Positions 20,803-35,495 of a DNA stretch of 64,000 bases are shown here, piece by piece. The notes beneath the pieces are model-generated. The model saw only the letters and a list, made by a program, of their open reading frames with translations. It made no database searches and had not been told where the DNA came from. Location of the stretch: assembly GCA_965213675.1 (NCBI GenBank), contig OZ243916.1, positions 256,001-320,000 of the forward strand, read 5' to 3'. Each line of letters starts with the position of its first letter. Within the stretch, counting starts at the first letter, position 1. The position numbers and the translations under genes are program-made. The stretch is from an uncultured Candidatus Binatia bacterium (GTDB lineage Bacteria; Desulfobacterota; Binatia; UBA9968; JAJDTQ01).

Positions 20803-22577
20803 TCTCTGATCGGACCACTCAAGCGGTTCGCACACGGGCCTCCATCGTGGAGGTGGTCTCCGATTACGTCACTCTCAAGAAGGCCGGCCAGAACTACTCG
20901 GGACTGTGTCCCTTCCACTCGGAAAAGACGCCTTCCTTCACGGTCAACGAGGAGAAGGGCGTCTTCCACTGTTTCGGGTGCCGGGAGGGGGGCGACGTCT
21001 TCAAGTTCGTCATGCTCTACGACGGGCTCACCTTCCCCGAGTCCGTGGAGCGGCTGGCGGAGCGCTACGGCATTCCCATCCAACAGTCGGGGCCGGGGGG
21101 CGGCCGGCGCAGCGAACTCTTCCGCCTGAACGAGCAGGCGGCGGAGTGGTTCCACGGACGGTTGCTGGATGCCGCCCAAGGGACCCGGGCGCGCCATTAC
21201 CTCGAGAAGCGCGGCGTGGACGAATCCTTGTGGCCGCGTTTTCGTCTTGGCTTCGCGCCGCGAGGCGACGGCCTGGGGGCATGGTTGCGGCACCGGGACG
21301 CGGCGCCCGGGGATGCGGCTGTGGCGGGCCTCCTGGTGGAGCGGGAGCAGGGTCGTTTTCGCGACCGTTTCTTTGATCGGGTGATCTTTCCCATCACCGA
21401 GCCGGGCGGCAAGGTCGTGGGCTTTGGCGGGCGCGTCATCGGCGACGGCGCGCCCAAGTACCTGAATTCCCCCGAGACGCCGTTGTTTCACAAGAGCGCC
21501 CAGGTCTACGGCCTGAAGCAGGCCCGGGACGGCATCCGCGCCGAGGACCAGGTTGTGGTGGTGGAAGGCTATCTTGACGTGCTTGCGCTGGCGCAGTACG
21601 GCGTGACCCATGCCGTGGCCACCCTGGGGACGGCTCTGACCGTGGATCACCTGCGCCTGTTGGCGCGCTACACCCGCAATGTCACCGCGCTGTTCGATGG
21701 CGACGCGGCCGGCCGCGCCGCCGCCGCCCGCAGCGTCGATGTGTTTCAGCAGGCCGGCCTGTGGGGACGGGCCGCCTTCCTGCCGGGCAACGAGGATCCG
21801 GACACGTTCGTCCGCAAGCACGGAAAGGATGCGCTGGGAAGCGTGTTGAAGCGCGCCGTGCCCGTCGTGGACTTCTACCTGGACTGGCTGCGGGAGCGCC
21901 ACGGGACGAGTCTCGAGGGCAAGAGCCGTTCGGCCGCCGAAGTAAGCCGGATCCTTGCCAGGGTCACCAATCCCAGCGACCGCGACCTGCTTGCCCGCCG
22001 CGCCGCGGATCTCCTGGGCGTGCGCGAAGCGTCGTTGCGCCAGCATGCCGGCGACGGCGCGCGGACGCCCGCCCACGACCGCGCCGGCGCGGGCCGCCCG
22101 GCGCCGGCGGCCGCTGGCCGCGGAACACTCGGCGACGACCGCGCGGAGGTGTCGCTGGTGGCGCTGATGCTGCGCTTTCCGGCGGCGGTGACGGCCCTGC
22201 GGCGGGAGCCCATGGACAAGCTCGTGAGCGAGAAGTGGCGCGACGTGGTGGGGCGGATATTCGAGATCGCCGGTGCGGACGGGGATGTGGATGTGGGCGC
22301 CTTGACCGAGGGATTGGCGCCGGAGCTGACCTCGGCGGTGACGGGATTCGTGTTGCAAGGGCAGGCGTTCGCCGAGAGCGAGCGCGAGCGAATGACCCGG
22401 GACTGTCTCCTGTTTTTGAAACGGCGTTATCTGAACCGGCTTGATCGGGAGTTGTGCAGAGCGATTCGCGTTGCCGAAGAGACTCGCGATGACGCCGTCA
22501 AGAAAGAGAGGATGCGGCAATGGCAGGAGGTCATGCAAAGGAAACTCCGCTTGGAACGCGCGCTGCCGGGCTTGTAG
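20799..22577 (+). CDS. dnaG: DNA primase
   Basis: [13 protein letters not shown]...FHCFGC zinc finger, [30 protein letters not shown]. Confidence 0.96.
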   Translation: MISDRTTQAVRTRASIVEVVSDYVTLKKAGQNYSGLCPFHSEKTPSFTVNEEKGVFHCFGCREGGDVFKFVMLYDGLTFPESVERLAERYGIPIQQSGPGGGRRSELFRLNEQAAEWFHGRLLDAAQGTRARHYLEKRGVDESLWPRFRLGFAPRGDGLGAWLRHRDAAPGDAAVAGLLVEREQGRFRDRFFDRVIFPITEPGGKVVGFGGRVIGDGAPKYLNSPETPLFHKSAQVYGLKQARDGIRAEDQVVVVEGYLDVLALAQYGVTHAVATLGTALTVDHLRLLARYTRNVTALFDGDAAGRAAAARSVDVFQQAGLWGRAAFLPGNEDPDTFVRKHGKDALGSVLKRAVPVVDFYLDWLRERHGTSLEGKSRSAAEVSRILARVTNPSDRDLLARRAADLLGVREASLRQHAGDGARTPAHDRAGAGRPAPAAAGRGTLGDDRAEVSLVALMLRFPAAVTALRREPMDKLVSEKWRDVVGRIFEIAGADGDVDVGALTEGLAPELTSAVTGFVLQGQAFAESERERMTRDCLLFLKRRYLNRLDRELCRAIRVAEETRDDAVKKERMRQWQEVMQRKLRLERALPGL

Positions 22578-22579
22578 CC

Positions 22580-24373
<1,794 letters not shown>

Positions 24374-24448
24374 CCTCCTGCCGTGGGGCGCCGGCCGGCC
24401 TCCCCGGCGCGCACATCGCGCGAATCATCCGGCGCGCAGATCATTTCC

Positions 24449-24522
24449 GGGCCCATAGCTCAGTTGGTTAGAGCCACCGGCTCATAACCGGTAGGTCCCT
24501 GGTTCGAGTCCAGGTGGGCCCA
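24449..24522 (+). tRNA. tRNA with CAT anticodon, most likely tRNA-Ile2 (lysidine); CCA not encoded
   Basis: GGGCCCATAGCTCAGTTGGTTAGAGC-CACCGG-CTCATAA-CCGG...GGTTCGAGTCC-AGGTGGGCCCA cloverleaf; position after rpoD. Confidence 0.92.
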
Positions 24523-24640
24523 CTCATTCCGTCCGCAACCGGGGCCGGTCGAGCCTCCGGGGCGGCAACGTCCACGTGGTGAACGGCCCGGCCATCGCCA
24601 AGGACCGGCCCGAGGAGATTCCGCCGGCCGTGCTCGACGC

Positions 24641-25843
24641 TTACGGCCGCGCGGGCTCTGGCAGGGGGGCGTCGTCGGATCGAATGGCGAAGTAGATGAG
24701 CAGGGCGGAGGACAGCAGGATCAGGCTCATGATCTGCATGAAGCCGTCGTAGGTGCCGGTGTAGTCGAAGTAGACGCCGGCGAGGAAGGGGCCGCTGGCG
24801 GAGCCGATCTGGTGCACGATGAAGCTCAGGCCCATGATGAGTCCGGCGAGGCGCGGTCCCACCATCTCGAAGAACATGACGTTCTGGATGGCGATGGTGC
24901 CGAAGGTCGGCCCCATGGCCAGCGCCACCACCAGGTAGAACACCAGCGGGTCGGACATGTCGAAGGACATGAGCAAGGTGCCGACCCCGCGGCAGACGTA
25001 GGTGAGGGCCAGCACCTGGGCGCGGCCGTAGCGGTCCGACAGCCAGCCGAAGGTCACCGCGGACACCGCGGCGGCGATGCCGAAGACGGACACCGCGACG
25101 GCTCCGGTGGCGTGGTCGAAGTCCTTGCTCAACGCGATGCCCACCAGGTGCACGCTCTGGAACAGGGCCACGCCGCACGAGAAGCGCGCCAGGAACAGCA
25201 GGATCATCGTGCGGTCGCGCAAGTAGGGCAGGCAGCTCGACCAGGTCGCGCGTTCCCGCCGTTTCGTGGTGGCGGGATCGGGATCGCGCGCCCCGATCCA
25301 TCCGAAGGGAAGGGCCACGCCCAGCAGCAGCGCCCCGCAGGCGAACGCGGCGATGCGCCAGTCGTGGTTCCCGATGAGGAAGTACAGCAGCGGCGCCAGA
25401 AAGAACGGACTCAGCGGCGAGGCCGTCTGCACCACGCTCACCACCAATCCCCGTTTGTCGGCTTCGTAGTGCTTCGCCACCAGCAGCGAGATGATGACCA
25501 GTCCGCAGGCGCCCTTGGCCATGCCGGTCATCATTCCAAAGGTCAGGCATAGCTGCCACAGGTTCTGGGACAGGCCCATGCCGATGAAGCCCCCGGCCAT
25601 GAGGAGCACGCCGCCGAGGATCACCGGGCGGGTCCCCAGGTCGTCCGCCATTTTCCCGAAGAACACCCCGCCGATGCCCCAGCCCAGCATGGCGAACACA
25701 TAGGGGATCGTCGCCACCGAACGCGACCAGCCGAAGGTCTCCTCGATGGGCGTGAGGAACAGGCTGTAGGCGTTCATGCTGATGGACGTGATGACCACGA
25801 CCGCGGCGGAGAAGACGACGATGAGGACGCGTGGCATTCGCAT
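24641..25843 (-). CDS. MFS transporter
   Basis: About 12 hydrophobic segments, GKMADDLGTR and GWLSDRYGRA motif A. Confidence 0.9.
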   Translation of the reverse strand: MRMPRVLIVVFSAAVVVITSISMNAYSLFLTPIEETFGWSRSVATIPYVFAMLGWGIGGVFFGKMADDLGTRPVILGGVLLMAGGFIGMGLSQNLWQLCLTFGMMTGMAKGACGLVIISLLVAKHYEADKRGLVVSVVQTASPLSPFFLAPLLYFLIGNHDWRIAAFACGALLLGVALPFGWIGARDPDPATTKRRERATWSSCLPYLRDRTMILLFLARFSCGVALFQSVHLVGIALSKDFDHATGAVAVSVFGIAAAVSAVTFGWLSDRYGRAQVLALTYVCRGVGTLLMSFDMSDPLVFYLVVALAMGPTFGTIAIQNVMFFEMVGPRLAGLIMGLSFIVHQIGSASGPFLAGVYFDYTGTYDGFMQIMSLILLSSALLIYFAIRSDDAPLPEPARP

Positions 25844-26054
25844 GAATGTCTCAGGGGCAGGTCAGCAACGATGAACCGAGCGAAGTCGAAGGGCGCCCTT
25901 CGGCGCGGCGTTGACGCGACCGAGGCCCCCGGCAGTCCGTTGCCTCGTCGCCAGCGCGGGTTGGCGCATCACGCGAAGTGCCCGCGTTCCCGGTAGAAAT
26001 ACGCGCCGCCGGGATGGAGGGGCGCGTCGAAGGGAGCAATGAATCCGGGTCTCC

Positions 26055-27143
26055 CTAAAGGGCGTAGAGCGCCTTGGGATTGTGGTACAGGATGTTGTCC
26101 TTCCGCTCCTGGCTGACGTCGTCCATCTTCTTCAGGTCGAGGATGGCGTCCATCTCGCTGGACGGGTCCGTATGGCCGTAGTCGGTGCCAATGACGAGGT
26201 TGCCCTCGCCCGAGTACTTGAGGACGTAGGGTATGTCGTCGTTGGTCTGGCAGGTGACGTAGATGCCGTACTCGGCGAACAGGTCCCTGGGGAACTCGCG
26301 CCCGGCCGCCTGATAGCGGTTCTCGCTCTCCAGGTAGATCCACGGGACCCATTGGGACGATGCTTCGATGAAGCTCCAGCGGAGGTCCGGGAAGACCTGG
26401 GGAATCTCGCTCATGATGAGTCCCAGGCACGACGTCACCGTGGGCGCCCGGAACATGGCGAAACGGCCCGCGGTGGTGGGGCGATAGGTGTCGCAGTTGG
26501 CGGGGTTGCCATTGGCGATATGCACCGCGATGGCCAGATCCAGGTCACTGGCCACCTGGTAGATGGGATAGAAATACGGGTCGCACATGTCCCGGTCCCC
26601 CTCCAGGGGCCGCATGCACACGGCCACCGCGCCGTCCTCCTTGGCCTGCCGGATCTGCGCCGCGGCCTCGTCCAGCGCCAGCACCGGCACCACGCAGGAC
26701 CAGCGCAGCCGGCCTTCGCTCTGCCGGTAGATGTCCCCGAGCCACCGGTTCCAACTCCGGCACAGGGCGGCCTCCACGTCCGGCTTGGTGGTGATCTGCT
26801 CGATCCAGAAGGTGTTGTGGAGCACCTGGACGTCCACTCCAAGCTTTTCCATGTGGTCGAGACGAAGCTGCACGTCGTCCAACTCGCGCGCGGCCTGGGG
26901 CGACTCGACGTTGCGTCCGAACTGGTCCGACAGGTCGCGCAACTGCTGCTCGCTGTAGGTGGGGAAGCGGAACCCGCGGATCTTCTCGTCGATGACCCAG
27001 TACTGGAGCGTGGGCTCCTGGGGCGAGGAGAAGAGCGACGGCCGGAACTTCTGCTCCGAAGGCTCCAGATAGTCCCACGTGCGCTCCGTCTCGATCACAT
27101 GAGCGTCCGCATCGATAACCGGAAGGTGTTCCTGACTTGACAT
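26055..27143 (-). CDS. Amidohydrolase_2 family protein (ACMSD/LigW-like)
   Basis: IDADAHVIE, RSWNRWL, AVHIA, IGTDYGHTD, NILYHNPKALY; RBS AGGAG. Confidence 0.88.
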   Translation of the reverse strand: MSSQEHLPVIDADAHVIETERTWDYLEPSEQKFRPSLFSSPQEPTLQYWVIDEKIRGFRFPTYSEQQLRDLSDQFGRNVESPQAARELDDVQLRLDHMEKLGVDVQVLHNTFWIEQITTKPDVEAALCRSWNRWLGDIYRQSEGRLRWSCVVPVLALDEAAAQIRQAKEDGAVAVCMRPLEGDRDMCDPYFYPIYQVASDLDLAIAVHIANGNPANCDTYRPTTAGRFAMFRAPTVTSCLGLIMSEIPQVFPDLRWSFIEASSQWVPWIYLESENRYQAAGREFPRDLFAEYGIYVTCQTNDDIPYVLKYSGEGNLVIGTDYGHTDPSSEMDAILDLKKMDDVSQERKDNILYHNPKALYAL

Positions 27144-27228
27144 GGCGGTTCTCCTTGACAAGAGGCCCGGGCGCTGCCCGGGGGCTGGCTGTCCGGCGCC
27201 GCTCGGCGGCCACCGGCGCTCAACCGTC

Positions 27229-27257
27229 AAATTCGACCAAGAACAGGGGTTTGTCAA
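27229..27257 (-). promoter_or_regulatory. Putative sigma70 promoter of amidohydrolase
   Basis: Minus strand TTGACA-N17-GAATTT. Confidence 0.35.
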
Positions 27258-27369
27258 CCGGCGAGGCTCACTTGTTGGCGGAAAGCGAACATGTCTCCCT
27301 TCCTGCAAGGCGGAAACGTCCCCGCTCTGGCGGGCGCCTGCGTGCGGCGCCAGGAGCCCGTGGGGGTGA

Positions 27370-29047
<1,678 letters not shown>

Positions 29048-29051
<4 letters not shown>

Positions 29052-29212
29052 TGTGGTGTCTGGTTAATTCGCGTCATAATCTGCGGGTCTTTTTCGCCGT
29101 CGGCTACGTTGCTCTTCCTCGCGTGGTACACGCCACTGCTCGTCATCGCGCCTTGCCGACAACAAAAAATCCTCCGCAGATTATGACGCGAATTAACCAG
29201 ACACCACACTAG
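29048..29212 (+). mobile_element. MITE-like element family B (165 bp including terminal CTAGs), copy 1
   Basis: Long TIR CTAGTGTGGTGTCTGGTTAATTCGCGTCATAATCTGCGG...CCGCAGATTATGACGCGAATTAACCAGACACCACACTAG; inverted copy at 45574-45738. Confidence 0.9.
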
Positions 29213-29371
29213 TAGCTTGCGCCGCAGGACTTCACGGCTGCAAATCCGCTCTCATCCGTCCCTTCGGCCGCTCGATCTCGTCAAATCTGACCTGATATTC
29301 TCCTCAATCGACCAGCCGAAGGGACGGCGATAGCGAATTTTCGCTTTCGCGAATTCCTGCGGCGCAAGCTC
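29213..29371 (-). mobile_element. Family A MITE copy (159 bp), inverted, abutting family B at a shared CTAG
   Basis: Reverse complement of 15987-16145 with a few substitutions. Confidence 0.88.
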
Positions 29372-29535
29372 CATGGCGCGAGTCAGGTTCTCGGCCAGGC
29401 GGCTGAAAAACTTCCCGCGACGGCAAGGCTCGTGGCGTCGCGGGCTCGTCGCTCATGGGGCACAGAGTGGCGGAACGCGGGCGTGATTTGCGCAGTATTG
29501 TCCAAGACGGTAGAAAATAAGACGAGGAGGGACCG

Positions 29536-30093
29536 ATGATACTCGAACCGCAAGTGACTTTCCGCGACATGGAGCCCTCTCGCGCCATCGAACAGGCCAT
29601 ACGAGAGAAGGCGGCCAAGCTCGATCAGGTCCATGACCGCATCACCGGCTGTCGGGTGGTGGTCGCGGCGCCGCACCGCCACCACCAGAAGGGGCGGCTC
29701 TACCACGTCCGCATTGATCTGACGGTGCCCGGTGGGGAGTTGGTGGTGAACCGCGACAGCGACGGGGCGGCGGGGCATCACGACATCCAGGTGGCGATCC
29801 GCGATGCCTTCGACGCCGCGCGCCGGCGTCTCCGGGAATACGCGCGCCGCCGGCGCGGCGAGGTAAAGACGCATTCGGTGGCGCCGCCGGCGCGGGTCAG
29901 CAAGCTCTTCGCGGCCGAGCGCTACGGTTTCATCGAGACCAGCGACGGGCGCGAGATCTATTTCCACGGGAACAGCGTCGTGGACGGCTTCGATCGCCTG
30001 GCGCTGGGGACGCGCGTCCACTTTACCGAAGAGGAGGGCCAGCAAGGCCCGCAGGCCAGCACGGTGCGCGTGGCCCACGGATCGTCCGCGTAG
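29536..30093 (+). CDS. HPF/RaiA family ribosome-associated protein fused to cold-shock domain
   Basis: QVTFRDMEPSRAIEQAIREKAAKL...CRVVVAAPHRHHQKG...AIRDAFDAARRRL; C-terminal YGFIETSDGREIYFHGNSV. Confidence 0.9.
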   Translation: MILEPQVTFRDMEPSRAIEQAIREKAAKLDQVHDRITGCRVVVAAPHRHHQKGRLYHVRIDLTVPGGELVVNRDSDGAAGHHDIQVAIRDAFDAARRRLREYARRRRGEVKTHSVAPPARVSKLFAAERYGFIETSDGREIYFHGNSVVDGFDRLALGTRVHFTEEEGQQGPQASTVRVAHGSSA

Positions 30094-30164
30094 GCCACGG
30101 CCCTTTTCGCCTGTGGTGCGCCGCCGGCGACGCTGGGTCACGCCGATGCGGACCGGAAGGATTC

Positions 30165-31694
30165 TCAGTCGTCCAGGTTGAGTCCCGAGACCGTGGCGCG
30201 GAGCTTCCTCAGGGCGCGCTGCTCGATCTGGCGGATGCGCTCCCTGGTGAGCGAGAAGCGCTCGCCCAATTCCTCAAGGGTGTAGTCCCGTACCTCGCCG
30301 ATGCCGAAGCGGTAGCGCAAAACGGCTTCCTCTCTGGGAGGAAGCGTGGCCAGCGCCTTCTTGACCTTGTCACGCAGGTTGGCCTGAATCGTCTCATCCA
30401 GGGGTTTGGGGACATGCTTGTCTTCGACGAAGTCCCCGAGACGGCTTTCCTCGTCGTCGCCCATGGGGGTTTCCAGCGAGACAGGCTCCTTGACGATCCG
30501 CATCAGTCTGCGGATTTCCTCCGCAGTCTGTCCCATTTCGGTGGCGAGCTCATCCGGCTGCGGTTCCCGTCCGAGTTTGCGGTGCAGTGAACGGTGTGCG
30601 CGGATGAGCTTGTTCCGGGTCTCGATCATGTGCACCGGGATGCGAATCGTCGGCGCCGAGTCAATGATCCCGCGCGTGATGCTCTGCCGTATCCACCAGC
30701 CGGCGTAGGTGGAAAAGCGGTACCCGAGCCGGTAGTCGAACTTCTCCGCCGCGCGCATGAGCCCGACGTTTCCTTCCTGAATCAGATCGAGAAACTGCAG
30801 GCCACGGTTGCCGTACTTCTTGGCCAGGCTCACCACGAGCCGCAGGTTGGCCTCGATGAGGATCTTCTTGGCCGACGCGGCCTTGTGTTCGGCGGCGGTG
30901 ATGGCCTCCACCTGACGGGCGATGTCAGCGGCGGAGGACCCCAGGGACTCTTCCACGGCCTCGATTTCGGCCGCGATTCGCTTGGCGGCGCTTCCGCGGG
31001 TATGGGTGCGGGCCCGTTCTGCCAGTTCCGACAGCGTCCGGTGCGACTCCTTGAGGCTCACGCCGACCTCGTCGATCCACTCCTTGGCCAGGCGCAACCC
31101 CTTCACCGTGTCGATGACTCGCGCGCACTTCTTGTCCAGATCGACGGCCAGGGCCGCGCGCCGTTTCTGGGAGGTTCGCTTCCGCGCCATCTCCGCCTGC
31201 ATGCGCTCCCGCTCGCGCACGAGCCCGCGCATCACCGTGACTCCCTTGAGGAAACGCCGCCGCTCGGCAGTCTCGTCAAACGCTTCGCCGTCGTCGCCAG
31301 CCATGAGCACGCGGTTCAAGGGAGTTTCGTCGGCCTTGATCTTCTCGGCCAGATCCAGCACGCGCTGGACGGTATAAGGAGCGGCGATGACGCTGGCGAC
31401 GTACTCATCCTGGCCCTCCTCCATCTGCATGCCGAGCTGCACCTCGCGCTCGCGGGTCAGGAGTGGGGTGGAACCGATGTCGCGCAGGTAGAGGGAGACC
31501 GGGTCGGTCTTGTCGTCCACCCGTTCGGTGTCCACCGGCACCTGGGCAGGAGAGGACTCCTCGGGAAAGGTCGCGGGTTGCTCCTCTTCCTCGACTTCTC
31601 CGATGGCGATGTCGTCAAGCTCGCCGATCGAGTCGTCCATCGCGTCCTCGGTGTCTTCGATGTTCAAGGCTCTCTCCATCATTTTGGCTTCCAC
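30165..31694 (-). CDS. Second sigma70-family factor (RpoD-like paralog)
   Basis: [51 protein letters not shown]. Confidence 0.9.
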   Translation of the reverse strand: MEAKMMERALNIEDTEDAMDDSIGELDDIAIGEVEEEEQPATFPEESSPAQVPVDTERVDDKTDPVSLYLRDIGSTPLLTREREVQLGMQMEEGQDEYVASVIAAPYTVQRVLDLAEKIKADETPLNRVLMAGDDGEAFDETAERRRFLKGVTVMRGLVRERERMQAEMARKRTSQKRRAALAVDLDKKCARVIDTVKGLRLAKEWIDEVGVSLKESHRTLSELAERARTHTRGSAAKRIAAEIEAVEESLGSSAADIARQVEAITAAEHKAASAKKILIEANLRLVVSLAKKYGNRGLQFLDLIQEGNVGLMRAAEKFDYRLGYRFSTYAGWWIRQSITRGIIDSAPTIRIPVHMIETRNKLIRAHRSLHRKLGREPQPDELATEMGQTAEEIRRLMRIVKEPVSLETPMGDDEESRLGDFVEDKHVPKPLDETIQANLRDKVKKALATLPPREEAVLRYRFGIGEVRDYTLEELGERFSLTRERIRQIEQRALRKLRATVSGLNLDD

Positions 31695-31932
31695 AATTTC
31701 GTTACGCCGCGGGTCGAAAGGCCATGCTCCTTCGAACCGAAAGGCAAACCAACCGTCCAGAGGTTAAAAATATCCGCCGTCCTCGCGATGACATTGACGC
31801 GAGTTCAACATCATCGAAGGATCGGCGGATCCAGCACAAATCTGAAATGGTATGTTGAGACAGTCCTTGGGGACTACCAAGATCAAGCAACGCGACTAAG
31901 CACTCGTCCTTGAGGAAAGCCAGCAACAACCT

Positions 31933-31961
31933 AAGCTATCACTGACAAGGATCGTTGTCAA
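31933..31961 (-). promoter_or_regulatory. Putative sigma70 promoter with overlapping palindromic operator upstream of sigma paralog
   Basis: Minus strand TTGACA-N17-TAGCTT with TGn extension; TGACAA-N6-TTGTCA inverted repeat at 31943-31960. Confidence 0.55.
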
Positions 31962-32034
31962 GCACGCCGCGGCGATCATGTATGAATCTGGCGGGGAACG
32001 CGCTGGTCGGGCCGGCGCCCCGGCGCGGGCGGCG

Positions 32035-33471
<1,437 letters not shown>

Positions 33472-33535
33472 TGCCCCCGCGCCGCGGCCGCTACCCGCCG
33501 GCCGCCGCGCGTCCAGGAGCCTGTAGGAGCGCGGC

Positions 33536-35245
33536 TCAGGTCAGCGCATGATCGAGCGGAAGAACGATGTCGAACCGCGTGCCCGTACCCTTTTCGCTGG
33601 TCACCTCGATGGTGCCGCCGTGGCTCTCCACGATCCGTCGAGCGATGGCGAGCCCGAGCCCGGAGCCTTCGGACTTGGTGGTGAAGTACGGCTCGAAGAT
33701 GCGTGTCAGGTTCTCCGACGCGATGCCCGTGCCGGTGTCGCTGACCGAGAGTCGCATCCTGCCGTCGCGAATGGATGTCTCGATGGTCAGCTTGCCTCCT
33801 TCGGGCATCGCCTGGAGGCCGTTGAGAATGAGGTTCAGGAGCACCTGCTTGAGGTAGTCCGGGTCGGCTTTGACCACCGGCCGTGGGCCGTGATGCTCCA
33901 CAGCGACCTCCACCCCCAGGGACGCGGCGTCGCCTTCCGTCAGGGTCGTGAGGTCCTTCAGCAACTGATCGACCTTCACCAGATCGGGCTTGATGCTCAA
34001 CGGCCGGGCCAGCGTCAGGAATTCCTCGACGATGGAATTGAGGCGGTGCACCTCCGCGCGCATCAGTTCGATGAAGCGGCTGTATTCGCTCTCGTCCTGG
34101 GTCGGCTGGAACTCGGCCTTGAGGCGCTGCAAGCCCATGGAAATGGCGTTGAGCGGGTTGCGCACCTCGTGGGCCACCGTGGCCGCCAGATTGCCCATCA
34201 TGGAAAGGTGCTCGCGCCGGTCCACTTCCGCTTCGAGCGCCTTGATCTCCTGCATGTGAAAGCGCTGGTTGTAGAGGATCGCCGCGAACCCGAGCATGCC
34301 GAGGGCGAGGATGCCACATCCCAGGCCCACCATGGACCAGAGGCTCTGCCACCAGGCGTTATCCACCACATCCATGGACACGCCGATACTGAGAAATCCC
34401 ATGGGATCGCCATCCAGCCGCACGGGTTTCACCAACTCGTAGCGCCTCTCGCCGTTTTCCGTGTCCACGATGCGATGCGCCGAGCGCTCGGTGACGCGCG
34501 CCCGCGCGCTCAGGTCGTCCACCATCCGGCTGCCTGCCAGACCGGAGTCGGTGTGGGCCAGCACGGTGAAATCGTTGTCCAGGAGCGCCAGGTGGTGGAT
34601 GCCTTCCTGCCGCCCAAGGTCCTGGATCTGACGCTGGACTCCGATTTCGTGCTGCAGCTTCAGCATGTAGGACGCGTCCGCGTGTATCGCGATGAATCCC
34701 GGGAAGCTGCGCGCTTCGAGGGCGACGCCGAACACGCTGTCTTCCCAGAACTTGTGTTGCGGGAGGGCGGGCGCCTGTCCGCGCGGTTGGGACCAGAGCC
34801 GCCCCCAGATGTGTACCGTGGATTCCTGGCTGGACCATCGCTCGCGCAATTCCGCCAGAAAGCCCTCGACATGGGGAGGTTTGGTTCCTGTGTGCGACAC
34901 CCAGGGCCGTCCCTGAAGGTCCAGAAGCTCGACCTTGTGCAGTTGGTTGATGGCGCTGATGCGTTGCACGAGCGGCGCGGGCGCGTTGGCGGTGAGAAGC
35001 CGGTCGATGAGGCGCGCGTTGTCCAACAACCGCTGCCGCACCAGTTCCTCGATCAGGGCGTTTCCCTTGATGGACTTCTTGGCGCTGGTTTCCATGGTCC
35101 GGGTGAGGGCCAGGGCCTTGACCTCCACCTGTCGCACCAGTTCTTCTTCGAGCCAACGGCTCTCATAGAATACGTAGAGCGAGAAGAGCCCCAGCAGCAG
35201 CAGGACCGAGGCCAGGAAGTAGGGGACCATCGAAGCGCGTTTCAT
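33536..35245 (-). CDS. Membrane sensor histidine kinase
   Basis: Two TM segments, AHEVRNPLNAI H-box, NLILNGLQA, DTGTGI, FTTKSEGSGLGL. Confidence 0.93.
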   Translation of the reverse strand: MKRASMVPYFLASVLLLLGLFSLYVFYESRWLEEELVRQVEVKALALTRTMETSAKKSIKGNALIEELVRQRLLDNARLIDRLLTANAPAPLVQRISAINQLHKVELLDLQGRPWVSHTGTKPPHVEGFLAELRERWSSQESTVHIWGRLWSQPRGQAPALPQHKFWEDSVFGVALEARSFPGFIAIHADASYMLKLQHEIGVQRQIQDLGRQEGIHHLALLDNDFTVLAHTDSGLAGSRMVDDLSARARVTERSAHRIVDTENGERRYELVKPVRLDGDPMGFLSIGVSMDVVDNAWWQSLWSMVGLGCGILALGMLGFAAILYNQRFHMQEIKALEAEVDRREHLSMMGNLAATVAHEVRNPLNAISMGLQRLKAEFQPTQDESEYSRFIELMRAEVHRLNSIVEEFLTLARPLSIKPDLVKVDQLLKDLTTLTEGDAASLGVEVAVEHHGPRPVVKADPDYLKQVLLNLILNGLQAMPEGGKLTIETSIRDGRMRLSVSDTGTGIASENLTRIFEPYFTTKSEGSGLGLAIARRIVESHGGTIEVTSEKGTGTRFDIVLPLDHALT

Positions 35246-35299
35246 GTCAGTGAGCGAGGGTTTTCAGGCGGCTATGGTCGTTGGCGCACACGCGATGGC

Positions 35300-35354
35300 A
35301 TTATACAAGCGGCCGGAGACTTGGCAAATGGCCCTGGCAAATGGCCCTGGCAAA
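35300..35354 (-). promoter_or_regulatory. Putative sigma70 promoter of kinase with 13 bp tandem repeat over the -35
   Basis: Minus strand TTGCCA-N16-TATAAT; plus strand (TGGCAAATGGCCC)x2 + TGGCAAA at 35322-35354. Confidence 0.5.
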
Positions 35355-35402
35355 CCGCCGGTGGCGAAGGTCCCACCCACGCCGGGTGGGACACGGGACC
35401 AA

Positions 35403-35433
35403 GGCCGACGGGACGCAACCTGTCCCATCGGCC
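35403..35433 (-). terminator. Stem-loop downstream of degQ
   Basis: GGCCGACGGGAC-N7-GTCCCATCGGCC; no clear U-tract. Confidence 0.35.
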
Positions 35434-35495
35434 TTCCACGGTCGCATTCCCGGCACGGCGTGCCGGCTGCCGGATCGTTCCGGCGCCGGTCCGGA

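Noticed and set aside
24449-24640. tRNA as integration site for an island or prophage
   Set aside because: No integrase follows and I saw no duplicated tRNA 3' end in the window
25870-25905. GAGCGAAGTCGAAGGG-CG-CCCTTCG REP-like hairpin
   Set aside because: Single degenerate occurrence in the window; cannot establish a family
29455-29495. Sigma54 promoter upstream of the HPF-CSD gene
   Set aside because: GG/GC spacing and consensus do not fit -24/-12 convincingly
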